From Candidatus Hodarchaeota archaeon (lineage in GTDB: Archaea > Asgardarchaeota > Lokiarchaeia > Sigyniarchaeales > SOKP01), in contig JBHLKM010000002.1 of assembly GCA_048886685.1 (NCBI GenBank), forward strand, positions 7,532 to 71,531: a stretch of 64,000 bases of DNA, read 5' to 3'. Made by a program: the position numbers and the translations under genes. A model generated the notes under the pieces. That model was not told the DNA's origin, did not search any database, and saw only the letters and a program-made list of their open reading frames with translations. This document shows positions 51,116 through 60,946 of this stretch, in pieces (position 1 is the first letter of the stretch; the number at the start of each line of letters is the position of its first letter).

Positions 51116-52414
51116 TTATATTTCTTTTTTTTTGAATTTTCCTATGAAAAATCCTTGAGTTTGATGGATTGAAGGGAATAATCTACCCGTTCCTGGTAAA
51201 ACTGAATCTTCAATAATATAACTCGGAGAGAACCACTTTGGTAAGTTTTGAGGTTCTAAATAATCTTGAAAATTCATTATTATATATTCTCCTTCTTCTG
51301 GATAGAGACTACATGTTGAATATACAAGGATTCCATTTGGTTTTAATATTTTCAAAGCACTTTCGAATAATTTTTTTTGTAAGACAGTATTTTGATGTAA
51401 AAAATTCTCGTTTTGTCGCCATTTGAGCTCGGGGTTTATTAAAAACGCACCATTCCCAGTACAGGGAGCATCTAGTAATATGCGGTCAAAAATATTTTCA
51501 AATCGTATTGGAAATATGATACTATCAGTATTTAAGATATGAGTATTTAACACACTCAAGTGATTGAGTAAATCCTTCATTATAATTGTTCGCTGGTCGA
51601 GAAATTCTCCTGCAATTATATGACCTCTATTATTCATATTCTGGGCAATCAAACTAGTTTTCATTCCCGGAGCAGCACACATATCACAGATTAATTCTCC
51701 TGGTTGAGGAGACAATACTTGGATTACAGCAGCTGAAGCCTTATCTTGAAAAATAAGATGACCTTCTTGATAAATATCGGTTTTTAGTACATTATTTTTC
51801 AAAGTGATTGGAATAGTTAGTAAATCTCTAATGTGAGGATCCTTATTAAAAGAAATTTTTTCCTTTTCAAATTCGGTCTTAATAACTGAGTTTAAATCAC
51901 TATTCAAATCCTTTTCCAGCAATCTATTAATCCGAACAAAGGTGACAGCATTCTCATTTAAACCATTCATGGCTTGAATATTATCCCTGATAAAATCTAA
52001 AGACGATACAGATAAAAGATGATTTATCATAAAGCTGGGAATAGCTTCACATATACTTAATCTCTCTTTCTCATCTTTTCTATTTAAAGCCTTTTCCCAA
52101 GAAAATTTCCTTAGATTTTTTAAAAAGCTTTTATTAATTCGCTTCATTTCATAATAAATTGTATTATCAGAGGTTCTTTCCCATAATATTCTATATGTTG
52201 CATATAACAACTGGGCTAATTGAGATGTAGTTGGTGTGATAGTATTAGGCAGAATTCTTCTAATTATAAAATTTATCTTGCTCCAATATCTCACAATTTC
52301 GCGGTAATAATGAATAATTCTTGAACTTTTTTTAATTGATTTTAAATTAGAATTATAGTCTCCTTCTATAAATTTGGCAATTAGATTTAATAGTTCAGAT
52401 AAATCTTTATTTAT
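51116..52414 (-). CDS. RsmB/NOP2 family RNA m5C methyltransferase
   Basis: FQDKAS, DMCAAPGMKT, LLDAPCTG and VYSTCS. The frame is open 40 codons upstream of the track's GTG (52294) to ATA 52414 behind GAGGT, so the start is uncertain. Confidence 0.9.
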   Translation of the reverse strand: MNKDLSELLNLIAKFIEGDYNSNLKSIKKSSRIIHYYREIVRYWSKINFIIRRILPNTITPTTSQLAQLLYATYRILWERTSDNTIYYEMKRINKSFLKNLRKFSWEKALNRKDEKERLSICEAIPSFMINHLLSVSSLDFIRDNIQAMNGLNENAVTFVRINRLLEKDLNSDLNSVIKTEFEKEKISFNKDPHIRDLLTIPITLKNNVLKTDIYQEGHLIFQDKASAAVIQVLSPQPGELICDMCAAPGMKTSLIAQNMNNRGHIIAGEFLDQRTIIMKDLLNHLSVLNTHILNTDSIIFPIRFENIFDRILLDAPCTGNGAFLINPELKWRQNENFLHQNTVLQKKLFESALKILKPNGILVYSTCSLYPEEGEYIIMNFQDYLEPQNLPKWFSPSYIIEDSVLPGTGRLFPSIHQTQGFFIGKFKKKEI

Positions 52415-52508
52415 GATTTTAATTGACCTCTTTCTTAAAAAACTATGACTCTAATTAGTATTCTTTTACAAAATTAATAAAAAATAGGAAAAAAAGTTTA
52501 TTTTAAAT

Positions 52509-55500
52509 TTATTGTAATTCAGCCGGCATTATTAATCCTTTTCTTTTTAATGAAATAATTATGCTAATAATCTCGTCTCTCGAAGCTTTTCTCCCCGCTA
52601 AACCAAAATTCAAAAGACTTGATACAAAAAAGAATTTCCTTTCTTTCTGTATTTCCTCCGCTAATTCTACAAGATCTTTTTCTAAACCTTTTAACTTTAC
52701 TACTCCGTAATGTTTTCCTAATTGAAGTGGATAAACGAAGGTAACATTGAAGAATCTTTCAATTAAATCATCAGCGGCTCTGAAAGGAGTAATATCTCCC
52801 ATAAAATTCTTCAAATTGGGTTCAAATCTTCTTTCAAAAGATTCTGTGAATGCTATTTGACTTTCTTTTAATTTTTCAGAAGGAATGCCGTCTAATATCA
52901 AGGCTACTCGAACATAATCTCCATCGGTGATAACAATTTTAAAATCATAATAATCCATTTCAAAACCCTTACCTCTTGGGGTTTTTTCTGCATCTTTTTT
53001 AATCTCAGTTCTAAATTGTGAAATGGCTTGTAAAAATCCTGAAATTAAATCTGAATCAATCCCTTCTAAAGAAATTTGCTTATCAAAAATTGAGACTCCA
53101 CTATCTTTTTCAATTATCATTATATAAGCAATTTTCAATAAATCATCTAAAATTTTAGCTTCACCCGCCCAAAATCTTCTTTGTCTCGAATGTCTAATAT
53201 GTCTTACCGTAACAAACGTTATAGCAGCAGCCAAACCTGCTATTATATAAGGTAAATAACGCATAAACGTATCCATGAAAAGTATAAACTCCGACACAAC
53301 TTTAATATATCCTGAAACGATTTCCGCGCTTGTATACATCCCCTCTTCTGCAAATGTAGCTCGAACAGAAAATCTACTACCAGTATTTTCGAATTTTAAA
53401 GAAGCTGTTGCCACTCCTTGATCATTGGTTACTGCCGTAGTTTCATATAAAGTAATATTATTAGCATTTAGTACTTCAAAGATTATTTCAACATTCTCTA
53501 ATGATTTTCCTCCTGGCTCAAAAACTCTAGCGGAAATGAATCTAGTTCCTGTCATATACTGAGAGGCAGGAGGTTCGATAAACTCTATGATGGGTTCTAT
53601 TTTAAAAATTTCATACGTCCCATTGACGTCAAAGCGTATAGAATGCCATTTGGATATAACATTGAATTCAAAAAACCCGTGAGAAATATCAGCGTTATCA
53701 ATATCTGCTTCCCATGTTCCCATACCAATTCCATTATCAAGCACATCTACCCCGAAATTTTGTAATTCTATTTCTGACGCAGTTAACGTATTGCTATTGA
53801 TTCCTAAGCCCAAAGATGACGAGATATCTGAAGATATTGCATTTTGTATATAAAAATTCACATTAAATTCGTTAATAGAAACAGTAAAACCATAATCGGA
53901 TGATGAGTTTGAGAGATATCTCAACCGAAATTTTACTTGATTATTTTCAGATTCATTTAATAATTGTAAAAGAATCCAGGTAAACCCTGCGTCAAAAGGT
54001 AATAAATCTGTAGTTTCATCCAGATGAGCGAGTGTTCGATTCTCACTTATTAAAATCCAATCTTTGTCATTTTGATTTTGATCAAAAAAGTCAAATGTTT
54101 CATTACCTTTATAGAGCTCTAATACCGCAAAATCTAAATTGTCTGGTTTGCTCACATTAGAACTAATTCTTACATGTATTTGCGGAATGATTGGATTTGG
54201 ATAAGAAACAATCCAATCGTAGAAATCTATGTTCCAGAGAGAGCTATCAAGATCTCCTAAAACGTTTAATGTGAATTCAATAGAAATATTGCTTGTTAAT
54301 GCTTGAGCTCTATATTTATCATCATCGTTGAATTCAAGGAAATCAACAGTCTGATTGCCAAAAGGTATAGTGGTTCCATTAATAACGTTTACATCATTTG
54401 GAACGAAAAATTCTTGGATTAAGGGATCATACCTTTGGATTGTATCGAGGTTGTCCAGCTCTCCTATTTCAACCTTAAATTGATTAATTGATGCAGTAGC
54501 ATTAGCACCCCCATCTGTTATATATTCAAATTTAAATCTAAGAGTATTATTTTTCAATGGACCGATATCCATAACATGTAGGAAAAATAATTTTTCTTCT
54601 GGATCGCGTGCTGAGTAATAAAAAGAATATTCACTTTCTCTTATTATATTGAGTCCAAGATCTATCCATTTTGGTTGGAATAATCCTGCTTTAAAATTAT
54701 AAACTGATAAATTTGCAGATTTTATATGAGAACTGTCAGAAATATTTAATGTGAAATAAAAATCAAAACTAAATATATATCTATAGTGTTCAAACCACCA
54801 ATTAATAAGCTCAGGTTTCAGTGCTCGCAAATATAATTCCCAATAATTAAATGGAGAATTTTTTAAGTTTTTTAAATCAAACTGAATGTCTATTGTTAAA
54901 TTATTTAAATCAGTTGCAGTATATCTATCTTCATCAATAGTTTTAAAAGATTCTGGGGTTCCTTGAGGAGCTAATAAATATCCACTTGTAACCTGGGCTC
55001 GCTCTACATCATTTACTGTATAATTATCAAAATAAAAATCAGGTGAGATAGCAAAAGTATCTCCTTCTCCTATATCTTCACTATCAGGATTAAAATATAA
55101 GAATTTAGGACCACCACCAGAGAGCTCATCGTCAGGAGGTAGCTTAATTCGAAATGCAAACCAGTATTTATTGACACTTCCTTCAGTTGTCATATTAGTT
55201 TTTGAAGTATCTAGGAAAATTGGTCCAGATTCAGAATTTTTAAAATCAAAAACTTCCCAATGAGCAGCATAGATTATAGGATGAGGTTTTTGTAAAACAC
55301 CCAAATTTTCTACTGTGTTAGGCGTTCCATCATTAGAGCAGTTCACAATAGCCACTTCCCATGAATTTTCATCTGTAAAAGAAGTAGGATTATTAATATC
55401 CTGGATAAGAATACTCACATTATTTATGTATTGACTTATTTCAACTGCAAATTTTTGATAAATATAAGTAGGTTCAACTCGAGAACTAGAAATAAACTCA

Positions 55501-55895
55501 GAAAAGTCATTTTCTATATAGCGAGTATAATTAACTGCTGTAATGTTCTCAAAGGACATTTTTGCATGTGAAATATTATAGTTTGGAATATAAATGCTAG
55601 GTTGGACATTTAAACCTGGTTGATCTCGGTTGATATAACAATACTTACTGATACTTGTGATATTACTAAATATTTTTCCTGTACGGTTAATAGCTTGAGG
55701 GTAGAGTGGATAAGAATTTCCTTGCGAATCTGCTGCTGGAAAAATAATAGATTTAGAGTTATAAACTGGAATAATTATAAAGGATATTAAAAGAAAAGTA
55801 ATGAGCATTTTGTTATTAATAGTTTTCATTTGTAAAAACCTCATTTTTTTTAAAATATAAAGAACAACTTTAGTTACAAATGAGAGATCAGACAT
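52509..55895 (-). CDS. Large single-pass surface protein with cytoplasmic longin-like and wHTH-like domains
   Basis: Signal-like hydrophobic N-terminus, Asn/Ser-rich beta ectodomain, Ig-like segment (TNDQGVATA), TM, then YIMII...GVSIF...DSDLISGFLQAI..F..EI. Confidence 0.8.
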   Translation of the reverse strand: MSDLSFVTKVVLYILKKMRFLQMKTINNKMLITFLLISFIIIPVYNSKSIIFPAADSQGNSYPLYPQAINRTGKIFSNITSISKYCYINRDQPGLNVQPSIYIPNYNISHAKMSFENITAVNYTRYIENDFSEFISSSRVEPTYIYQKFAVEISQYINNVSILIQDINNPTSFTDENSWEVAIVNCSNDGTPNTVENLGVLQKPHPIIYAAHWEVFDFKNSESGPIFLDTSKTNMTTEGSVNKYWFAFRIKLPPDDELSGGGPKFLYFNPDSEDIGEGDTFAISPDFYFDNYTVNDVERAQVTSGYLLAPQGTPESFKTIDEDRYTATDLNNLTIDIQFDLKNLKNSPFNYWELYLRALKPELINWWFEHYRYIFSFDFYFTLNISDSSHIKSANLSVYNFKAGLFQPKWIDLGLNIIRESEYSFYYSARDPEEKLFFLHVMDIGPLKNNTLRFKFEYITDGGANATASINQFKVEIGELDNLDTIQRYDPLIQEFFVPNDVNVINGTTIPFGNQTVDFLEFNDDDKYRAQALTSNISIEFTLNVLGDLDSSLWNIDFYDWIVSYPNPIIPQIHVRISSNVSKPDNLDFAVLELYKGNETFDFFDQNQNDKDWILISENRTLAHLDETTDLLPFDAGFTWILLQLLNESENNQVKFRLRYLSNSSSDYGFTVSINEFNVNFYIQNAISSDISSSLGLGINSNTLTASEIELQNFGVDVLDNGIGMGTWEADIDNADISHGFFEFNVISKWHSIRFDVNGTYEIFKIEPIIEFIEPPASQYMTGTRFISARVFEPGGKSLENVEIIFEVLNANNITLYETTAVTNDQGVATASLKFENTGSRFSVRATFAEEGMYTSAEIVSGYIKVVSEFILFMDTFMRYLPYIIAGLAAAITFVTVRHIRHSRQRRFWAGEAKILDDLLKIAYIMIIEKDSGVSIFDKQISLEGIDSDLISGFLQAISQFRTEIKKDAEKTPRGKGFEMDYYDFKIVITDGDYVRVALILDGIPSEKLKESQIAFTESFERRFEPNLKNFMGDITPFRAADDLIERFFNVTFVYPLQLGKHYGVVKLKGLEKDLVELAEEIQKERKFFFVSSLLNFGLAGRKASRDEIISIIISLKRKGLIMPAELQ

Positions 55896-55982
55896 TTAAA
55901 ACTAGTTTTTCTATTGTAATCGAGGATATGCAAATTTTAGGTTAAAATTGCTACAAATTCACTGTTCTATGAAAATTGAACT

Positions 55983-57221
55983 TTATTTTACTATCCTAAT
56001 TATTAAACTTTCTAAATCTTCTTCTGAAATGAATTTATTCTTAGTGATAATGGAATGAACCCTCCTTAAAATTTTATCTAAATACCTTTCATAATTATCC
56101 AATCCTAATTGTTCACATTTCATTTTGATCGCATCCCCATGAAGCGTTGTGGGTCCAAAAATAACCTGTTCTTTTTGCCCTACTATTTCTGGTTTATATG
56201 GTGTAAAACACATCCAAAATTTATCTTTCTCTAATGCGCTCATGACATGGAGTTCACTTTCATGAATAAAGGTATTCCTCCCAACAATAGGTTTATTATA
56301 TGGCAAAGGAATTCCAGAAACCTTTTCGATATATTTACTCAAATCATATAATTTAGAAAGATCGATCCCTGTGTCTATTCCATATAACATTTCTAAAGTA
56401 ACAACAACTTCCTCAAGTGAGGTATTGCCTGCTCTGTCACCAAGTTTATTAACCACAAGGTCCATATATGATGCTCCTTGTTCAACAGCAGCAACAGTAG
56501 AAGCAGTCCCCATTCCAAAATCATCATGAACATGAATCCCTATAGGAATATCTTCTGCAATAGGTCTTACTTGCTTTATTAAATAAGTAATGGCTGGTAT
56601 ACTACAAGCACCAACTGTATCATACAACATTATCATCTTTACTCCATTCTTAATACCTTGTTCAATTGCTTTTATCAAAGTCGATAATTTTGAGCGAGTT
56701 GCATCAACACAATCTAAAATTGCATTTGCTCCAAGTTTCTTAATTCTGCTTAATACTGCGGGAATTGTTGACACAATAACTTCTGGGGTTATTTTGTTAT
56801 CACCTGTAAATAATTGAAGCTGCCATTCTGTTAAAACAATTCCAAAACCAATATAATCAATTTTTGCTTCTATTGATTTTTTAACTTCTGTCGTCCATCT
56901 TGAAGGATTTGAACTGAGATGGGAATATGTCTTTAATTTAATACCTAATTCTTTAATTTGATTTGCTAAATCCCACTGATCTTGAACTTGTCCAATATAG
57001 CCACAGTCTATATGTTCAATACCGATCTCTTCTAATTTTTCTACAATTTTAATCTTTTGGTCTAATGTATAATAAACTCCGGGGGTTTCTTCCCCTTCTC
57101 TAATTGTAGAGTCTCTAACATAAACTCTTTCAGGAATATTAGTTGATCTAAGCACGTCTTCATTAAAATTGAGAGGTGAAACCCACCATTTTTTATTAAA
57201 CCATTTTGTTTCTTCTTTCAT
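55983..57221 (-). CDS. Homocitrate/isopropylmalate synthase family (DRE-TIM), no regulatory domain
   Basis: RDSTIREGEE, DTVG, HVHDDFG, LGDRAGN and F.HES..H. Confidence 0.88.
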   Translation of the reverse strand: MKEETKWFNKKWWVSPLNFNEDVLRSTNIPERVYVRDSTIREGEETPGVYYTLDQKIKIVEKLEEIGIEHIDCGYIGQVQDQWDLANQIKELGIKLKTYSHLSSNPSRWTTEVKKSIEAKIDYIGFGIVLTEWQLQLFTGDNKITPEVIVSTIPAVLSRIKKLGANAILDCVDATRSKLSTLIKAIEQGIKNGVKMIMLYDTVGACSIPAITYLIKQVRPIAEDIPIGIHVHDDFGMGTASTVAAVEQGASYMDLVVNKLGDRAGNTSLEEVVVTLEMLYGIDTGIDLSKLYDLSKYIEKVSGIPLPYNKPIVGRNTFIHESELHVMSALEKDKFWMCFTPYKPEIVGQKEQVIFGPTTLHGDAIKMKCEQLGLDNYERYLDKILRRVHSIITKNKFISEEDLESLIIRIVK

Positions 57222-57327
57222 GATAATATTACAATTAAAAATATGTCATTGACTAAAAATAATTCAAAAAATTTTATTATTTTTTCAATACTCTTCATGA
57301 TGTAATAATTTTATCTTGTGAATTAAC

Positions 57328-58086
57328 ATGTGGTTGATATTTTTGGTCTGGCTTATCGTAATTTTTATATCTACAATATTTATTAGTCAATATATAAAAA
57401 TTTATAAGAGAGAAGATGTAGCAATCGCATTCTTTGTGATATTTTTAGCTATGTCTCAAATTTTAGCAGCAAAAATTGGTGATTTTAGTATTGGTAATTA
57501 CACAATAACAGCCCCAGTGGCAGTAGTCATATTTCCATTTACATTTCAAATTACAGATATGGTGAATGAAAACTTTGGACAAAAGGCTACACATCGAATG
57601 GTATTCATCGCATTTATCACACAAATATTTATGACGCTTTTTATATGGTTTGGTATTGAAATATCGAGTGCCCCTTTTTGGGGATCTGATTGGGGTAGTA
57701 ATCCAACTGTGGCCCAAACGTGGTGGATAAACTTTTTAGGGTCAACTTTACGTATAACTGCTGCTTCCTGGATTGCTTTCTTAATTACAGAAAATCTTGA
57801 TGCTGTTTTATTTGCTAAATTCAAGATTTTAACAAAAGGTAAAAATTTATGGATAAGGAATATATTAAGTGATATCCCTACACTTGCATTAGACAGTTTT
57901 ATTTTTGTAAGTATCGCATTTGGTGGCTTGTTGCCCCTTTGGTCAATTATATGGGGTCAAATTTTGACTAAATGGTTTTTCGGTCTAATGGATACACCCT
58001 TCATGTACCTTTCACGTGGAATTACCAGTGGTAAAATTAGCATTTTGGATGATCTAGCTGGAAAAATAGTATTTTGGAAAAAATAA
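57328..58086 (+). CDS. Queuosine-precursor transporter (YhhQ/VUT family)
   Basis: LAAK, FPFTF.ITD.VNE.FG, RI.AAS.IAF, LWIRN..S, LDS.IF..IAF and DTPF.Y. Confidence 0.9.
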   Translation: MWLIFLVWLIVIFISTIFISQYIKIYKREDVAIAFFVIFLAMSQILAAKIGDFSIGNYTITAPVAVVIFPFTFQITDMVNENFGQKATHRMVFIAFITQIFMTLFIWFGIEISSAPFWGSDWGSNPTVAQTWWINFLGSTLRITAASWIAFLITENLDAVLFAKFKILTKGKNLWIRNILSDIPTLALDSFIFVSIAFGGLLPLWSIIWGQILTKWFFGLMDTPFMYLSRGITSGKISILDDLAGKIVFWKK

Positions 58087-58109
58087 AAAAAAATTTGGTA
58101 TGTTTTTCT

Positions 58110-58934
58110 TTACTGTTTCTTTTTCATTACCACGTAAATTAAACTTATAATGATCCCCATTGAAACGCCTAATAAAACAGGTATCTCAAAACCAGGTATA
58201 TCTGCTCCAGCACTAGGAGTTTCTAATTCTGTTTCATACGCTATTGTTCCATTATTATGCACTAATTTATAGCCCAAAAATGTTCCATAAGCGCTAGAAT
58301 ATCTCCAAGATTCAACGCAATTTACCAAATACGTTACTCCAGGGAGACCCGTATAAAATGCTGCAACGTTATGAGTAACTGTTGTACCTGAAATTGTGTA
58401 ATCATTATCCCAAAGGAGCTCAGATAAATAAGTGTCCGCTGGAATAGGAAGAAAATTCAGGAAACCAAATCCACTTACTTGTGAGACGTTACCAGTAGGA
58501 AATGGGCTCATAATTTGACAATAATAGGTTAAATTTTCAGGATGCATTAAAACATATCCAGAACCAGTGACATTAGGCACATTACCAAAGGGTAAGGTTG
58601 TCCAAGTCCAGATGTCTGAAGTAATATTACAAGCTTCAAATGTAAGTACTGTAGCACTTGTATCTACGCTTACAACTTTAGTTTTCATTTTGGCACCCAA
58701 TTGATGAGAGCCTGGTCCGAAAGAACCTTGAATAGAGAGAAACCAAGTAGAACCAAAAATGCTAGTTAGTGTACCATTGTGGACAGTTTTTACTCTCCAT
58801 GTGGCTTCTGCGCCAACAACTCCAGTACAACTATATGTAGTGCCTCTAACAGGTCCGATTGACCCAACAATCATGAGAGAAATTAATAGTAATCCAATTA
58901 AGGTGTAAGAGGTTTTTTTCATTTTAAAAATCAC
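58110..58934 (-). CDS. Secreted surface protein with IPGF-TM-basic C-terminal sorting signal
   Basis: Signal peptide, Thr/Ser-rich body with N-glycosylation sequons, C-terminal IPGFEIPVLLG...VMKKKQ. Confidence 0.82.
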   Translation of the reverse strand: MIFKMKKTSYTLIGLLLISLMIVGSIGPVRGTTYSCTGVVGAEATWRVKTVHNGTLTSIFGSTWFLSIQGSFGPGSHQLGAKMKTKVVSVDTSATVLTFEACNITSDIWTWTTLPFGNVPNVTGSGYVLMHPENLTYYCQIMSPFPTGNVSQVSGFGFLNFLPIPADTYLSELLWDNDYTISGTTVTHNVAAFYTGLPGVTYLVNCVESWRYSSAYGTFLGYKLVHNNGTIAYETELETPSAGADIPGFEIPVLLGVSMGIIISLIYVVMKKKQ

Positions 58935-59102
58935 GCCTTTTCTATTTAAAAATTCTGTATATTATTATTTATTAAACGATTATATAAATATTTCTTAAGA
59001 ATTCATGACTTAACGGGTTAAAAAAAAGTATTATTAAGACGATTTAATTAATTAAGATTATTTTAATTAGAAAATTTTTATATATTTTTAGGTGGTCGAA
59101 CT

Positions 59103-59879
59103 ATAGAATATTTTTCTCCTGAAAAGGGATTCGAAATTGCATATGAAATAAGTGGTGTAAGTAATGGACCAAAAATAATATTAATTCATGGATTATTCTT
59201 GAATAGTGATTGCTGGAGAGATCAATTACCCACATTTGAATCTAGATTTAATATATTAAGATATGATCTACGTGGACATGGAAGGACAACAAAACCTAAA
59301 AAACGTTTTACTATTCGAAATTATGTCGATGATCTTTATGCACTACTTACTCACCTTAATTGGACTGAAAATCTTTATTTAATTGGGCATTCTCTTGGTG
59401 GTATGATTGCCCTTGTATATGGGCTTGAAAATCCTTCTCATATAAAAAAGATGGTTGTAGCCGATAGTTTTTGTTTTATTAGTCAAGAAGCCATTACCGA
59501 TGTTTTAGGTCGTATTAATAGCAGTAAACTTGAAAAATTTGCAATAGGTATTAGTGTAAGAGGATTAATTCCGTACAACCAAGACATTGCTGATTTTGTA
59601 GCAAAATTAGTTACAGATCACATGACAAAAAAAGATTGTCTTCGGGCAACCGCAGCTTCAGCAGGATTTAATATATGTGAGAATTTGAAATCATTAAACA
59701 TTCCAGTACTATTACTTGTAGGGAAAAAAGATATAACAACTCCTGTTTGGGCTAGTGAGATGATTCATGAGTGGCTTCCACAATCAGAATTAGTAATTTT
59801 ACCTGATGCCGGACATCTAACTATTTTAGACCATCCCTCAGAATTTAATGAATTTGTCTTATCTTTTTTTGCAAAATAA
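59103..59879 (+). CDS. Alpha/beta hydrolase
   Basis: DLRGHG, GHSLGG, G..D..TP and AGH motifs. The IILIHG motif lies upstream of the track's TTG (59199), so the start is extended to ATA 59103. Confidence 0.88.
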   Translation: MEYFSPEKGFEIAYEISGVSNGPKIILIHGLFLNSDCWRDQLPTFESRFNILRYDLRGHGRTTKPKKRFTIRNYVDDLYALLTHLNWTENLYLIGHSLGGMIALVYGLENPSHIKKMVVADSFCFISQEAITDVLGRINSSKLEKFAIGISVRGLIPYNQDIADFVAKLVTDHMTKKDCLRATAASAGFNICENLKSLNIPVLLLVGKKDITTPVWASEMIHEWLPQSELVILPDAGHLTILDHPSEFNEFVLSFFAK

Positions 59880-59907
59880 AAAAAAGGGAATTTATTAAAA
59901 ATTTAAA

Positions 59908-60936
59908 TTATTTAGGAGGACCCCATCTGATTACACCGGCATTCCAAGCCCAACCTATTCCAGCAGAAACTATAACAATTAAATCACCATCTTTGATTTT
60001 CCCATCTCTAATTCCATATTCTATTGAAATTATCCCATCATTTTGCCCATTGTGACCAATATCTTCTAAATATGTAGATTGAGTATACGGGTCAACACCA
60101 ATTGTCTTTGCTACATATTCAAAAGCACTTCGTTTCATATGAAGGAGTGCTAAATAACCAATATCCTTACGTGAATATCCTGATTGTCTCAAGGCATTAT
60201 CAATAACTTTTACAAAAGAATTCATAGAGTATTTATCTAGTCTTTCTTTTAAACCTTCAGGGTCTGGTACATCCAAATAATTTAATCCTTCTTTGATAGT
60301 TCTTTCAGTTATAGGTTGAATCGTACCTCCCGCGGGAACATAAACATCATCAACAAAACGGCCGTCTGTAATTGCGGTTATACTTAATATTTCATTTACT
60401 TGATAATCTGCTCGAATAATAGCAGCAACACCACTGGCTGCTAAGCTAATCATAAATCTGGATCTCTGATTTTTATAATTTATCAAATCAGAATTTCTAT
60501 ATCCACTGGCAACTAAAATTCTATTAATATTTGGATTTGTTTGAATTAAACTTTTTGCCATTAACATCCCTATTAAAAAAGTTCCACATCGCTGATTCAC
60601 ATCGAATGCCCAAGATTTCATAGGGTTTCCTAATAATTGCTGTAGTTTTATCCCATTAACTACTAATGGGCGTTCAGCATGTACTTCTCCTGCCCAAATT
60701 ATCACATCAATGTCTTCAGGTTTTAGATTTGCTCTTTTTAAAGCTTGGAAACTAGCATTAGCACCCATTTGAACGGTATGATCTTCTGATCCAGGTACAG
60801 TTTTTGCTACTAAGCCAAATTTCTCTTCAATAATATTTTTAGGGATACCTGTTTCTTTAGATATATAATCACTTGTATGTCTTTCCTTTGGAAGATATAC
60901 ACCCCAAGCTTCTAATCCAACATGTCGGAATTTCAA
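59908..60936 (-). CDS. FabH-like (KAS III family) condensing enzyme
   Basis: AFDVNQRCG, LLHMK, GHNGQND and SAGIGWAW. Confidence 0.9.
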   Translation of the reverse strand: MKFRHVGLEAWGVYLPKERHTSDYISKETGIPKNIIEEKFGLVAKTVPGSEDHTVQMGANASFQALKRANLKPEDIDVIIWAGEVHAERPLVVNGIKLQQLLGNPMKSWAFDVNQRCGTFLIGMLMAKSLIQTNPNINRILVASGYRNSDLINYKNQRSRFMISLAASGVAAIIRADYQVNEILSITAITDGRFVDDVYVPAGGTIQPITERTIKEGLNYLDVPDPEGLKERLDKYSMNSFVKVIDNALRQSGYSRKDIGYLALLHMKRSAFEYVAKTIGVDPYTQSTYLEDIGHNGQNDGIISIEYGIRDGKIKDGDLIVIVSAGIGWAWNAGVIRWGPPK

Positions 60937-60946
60937 ATTTCCTCAC

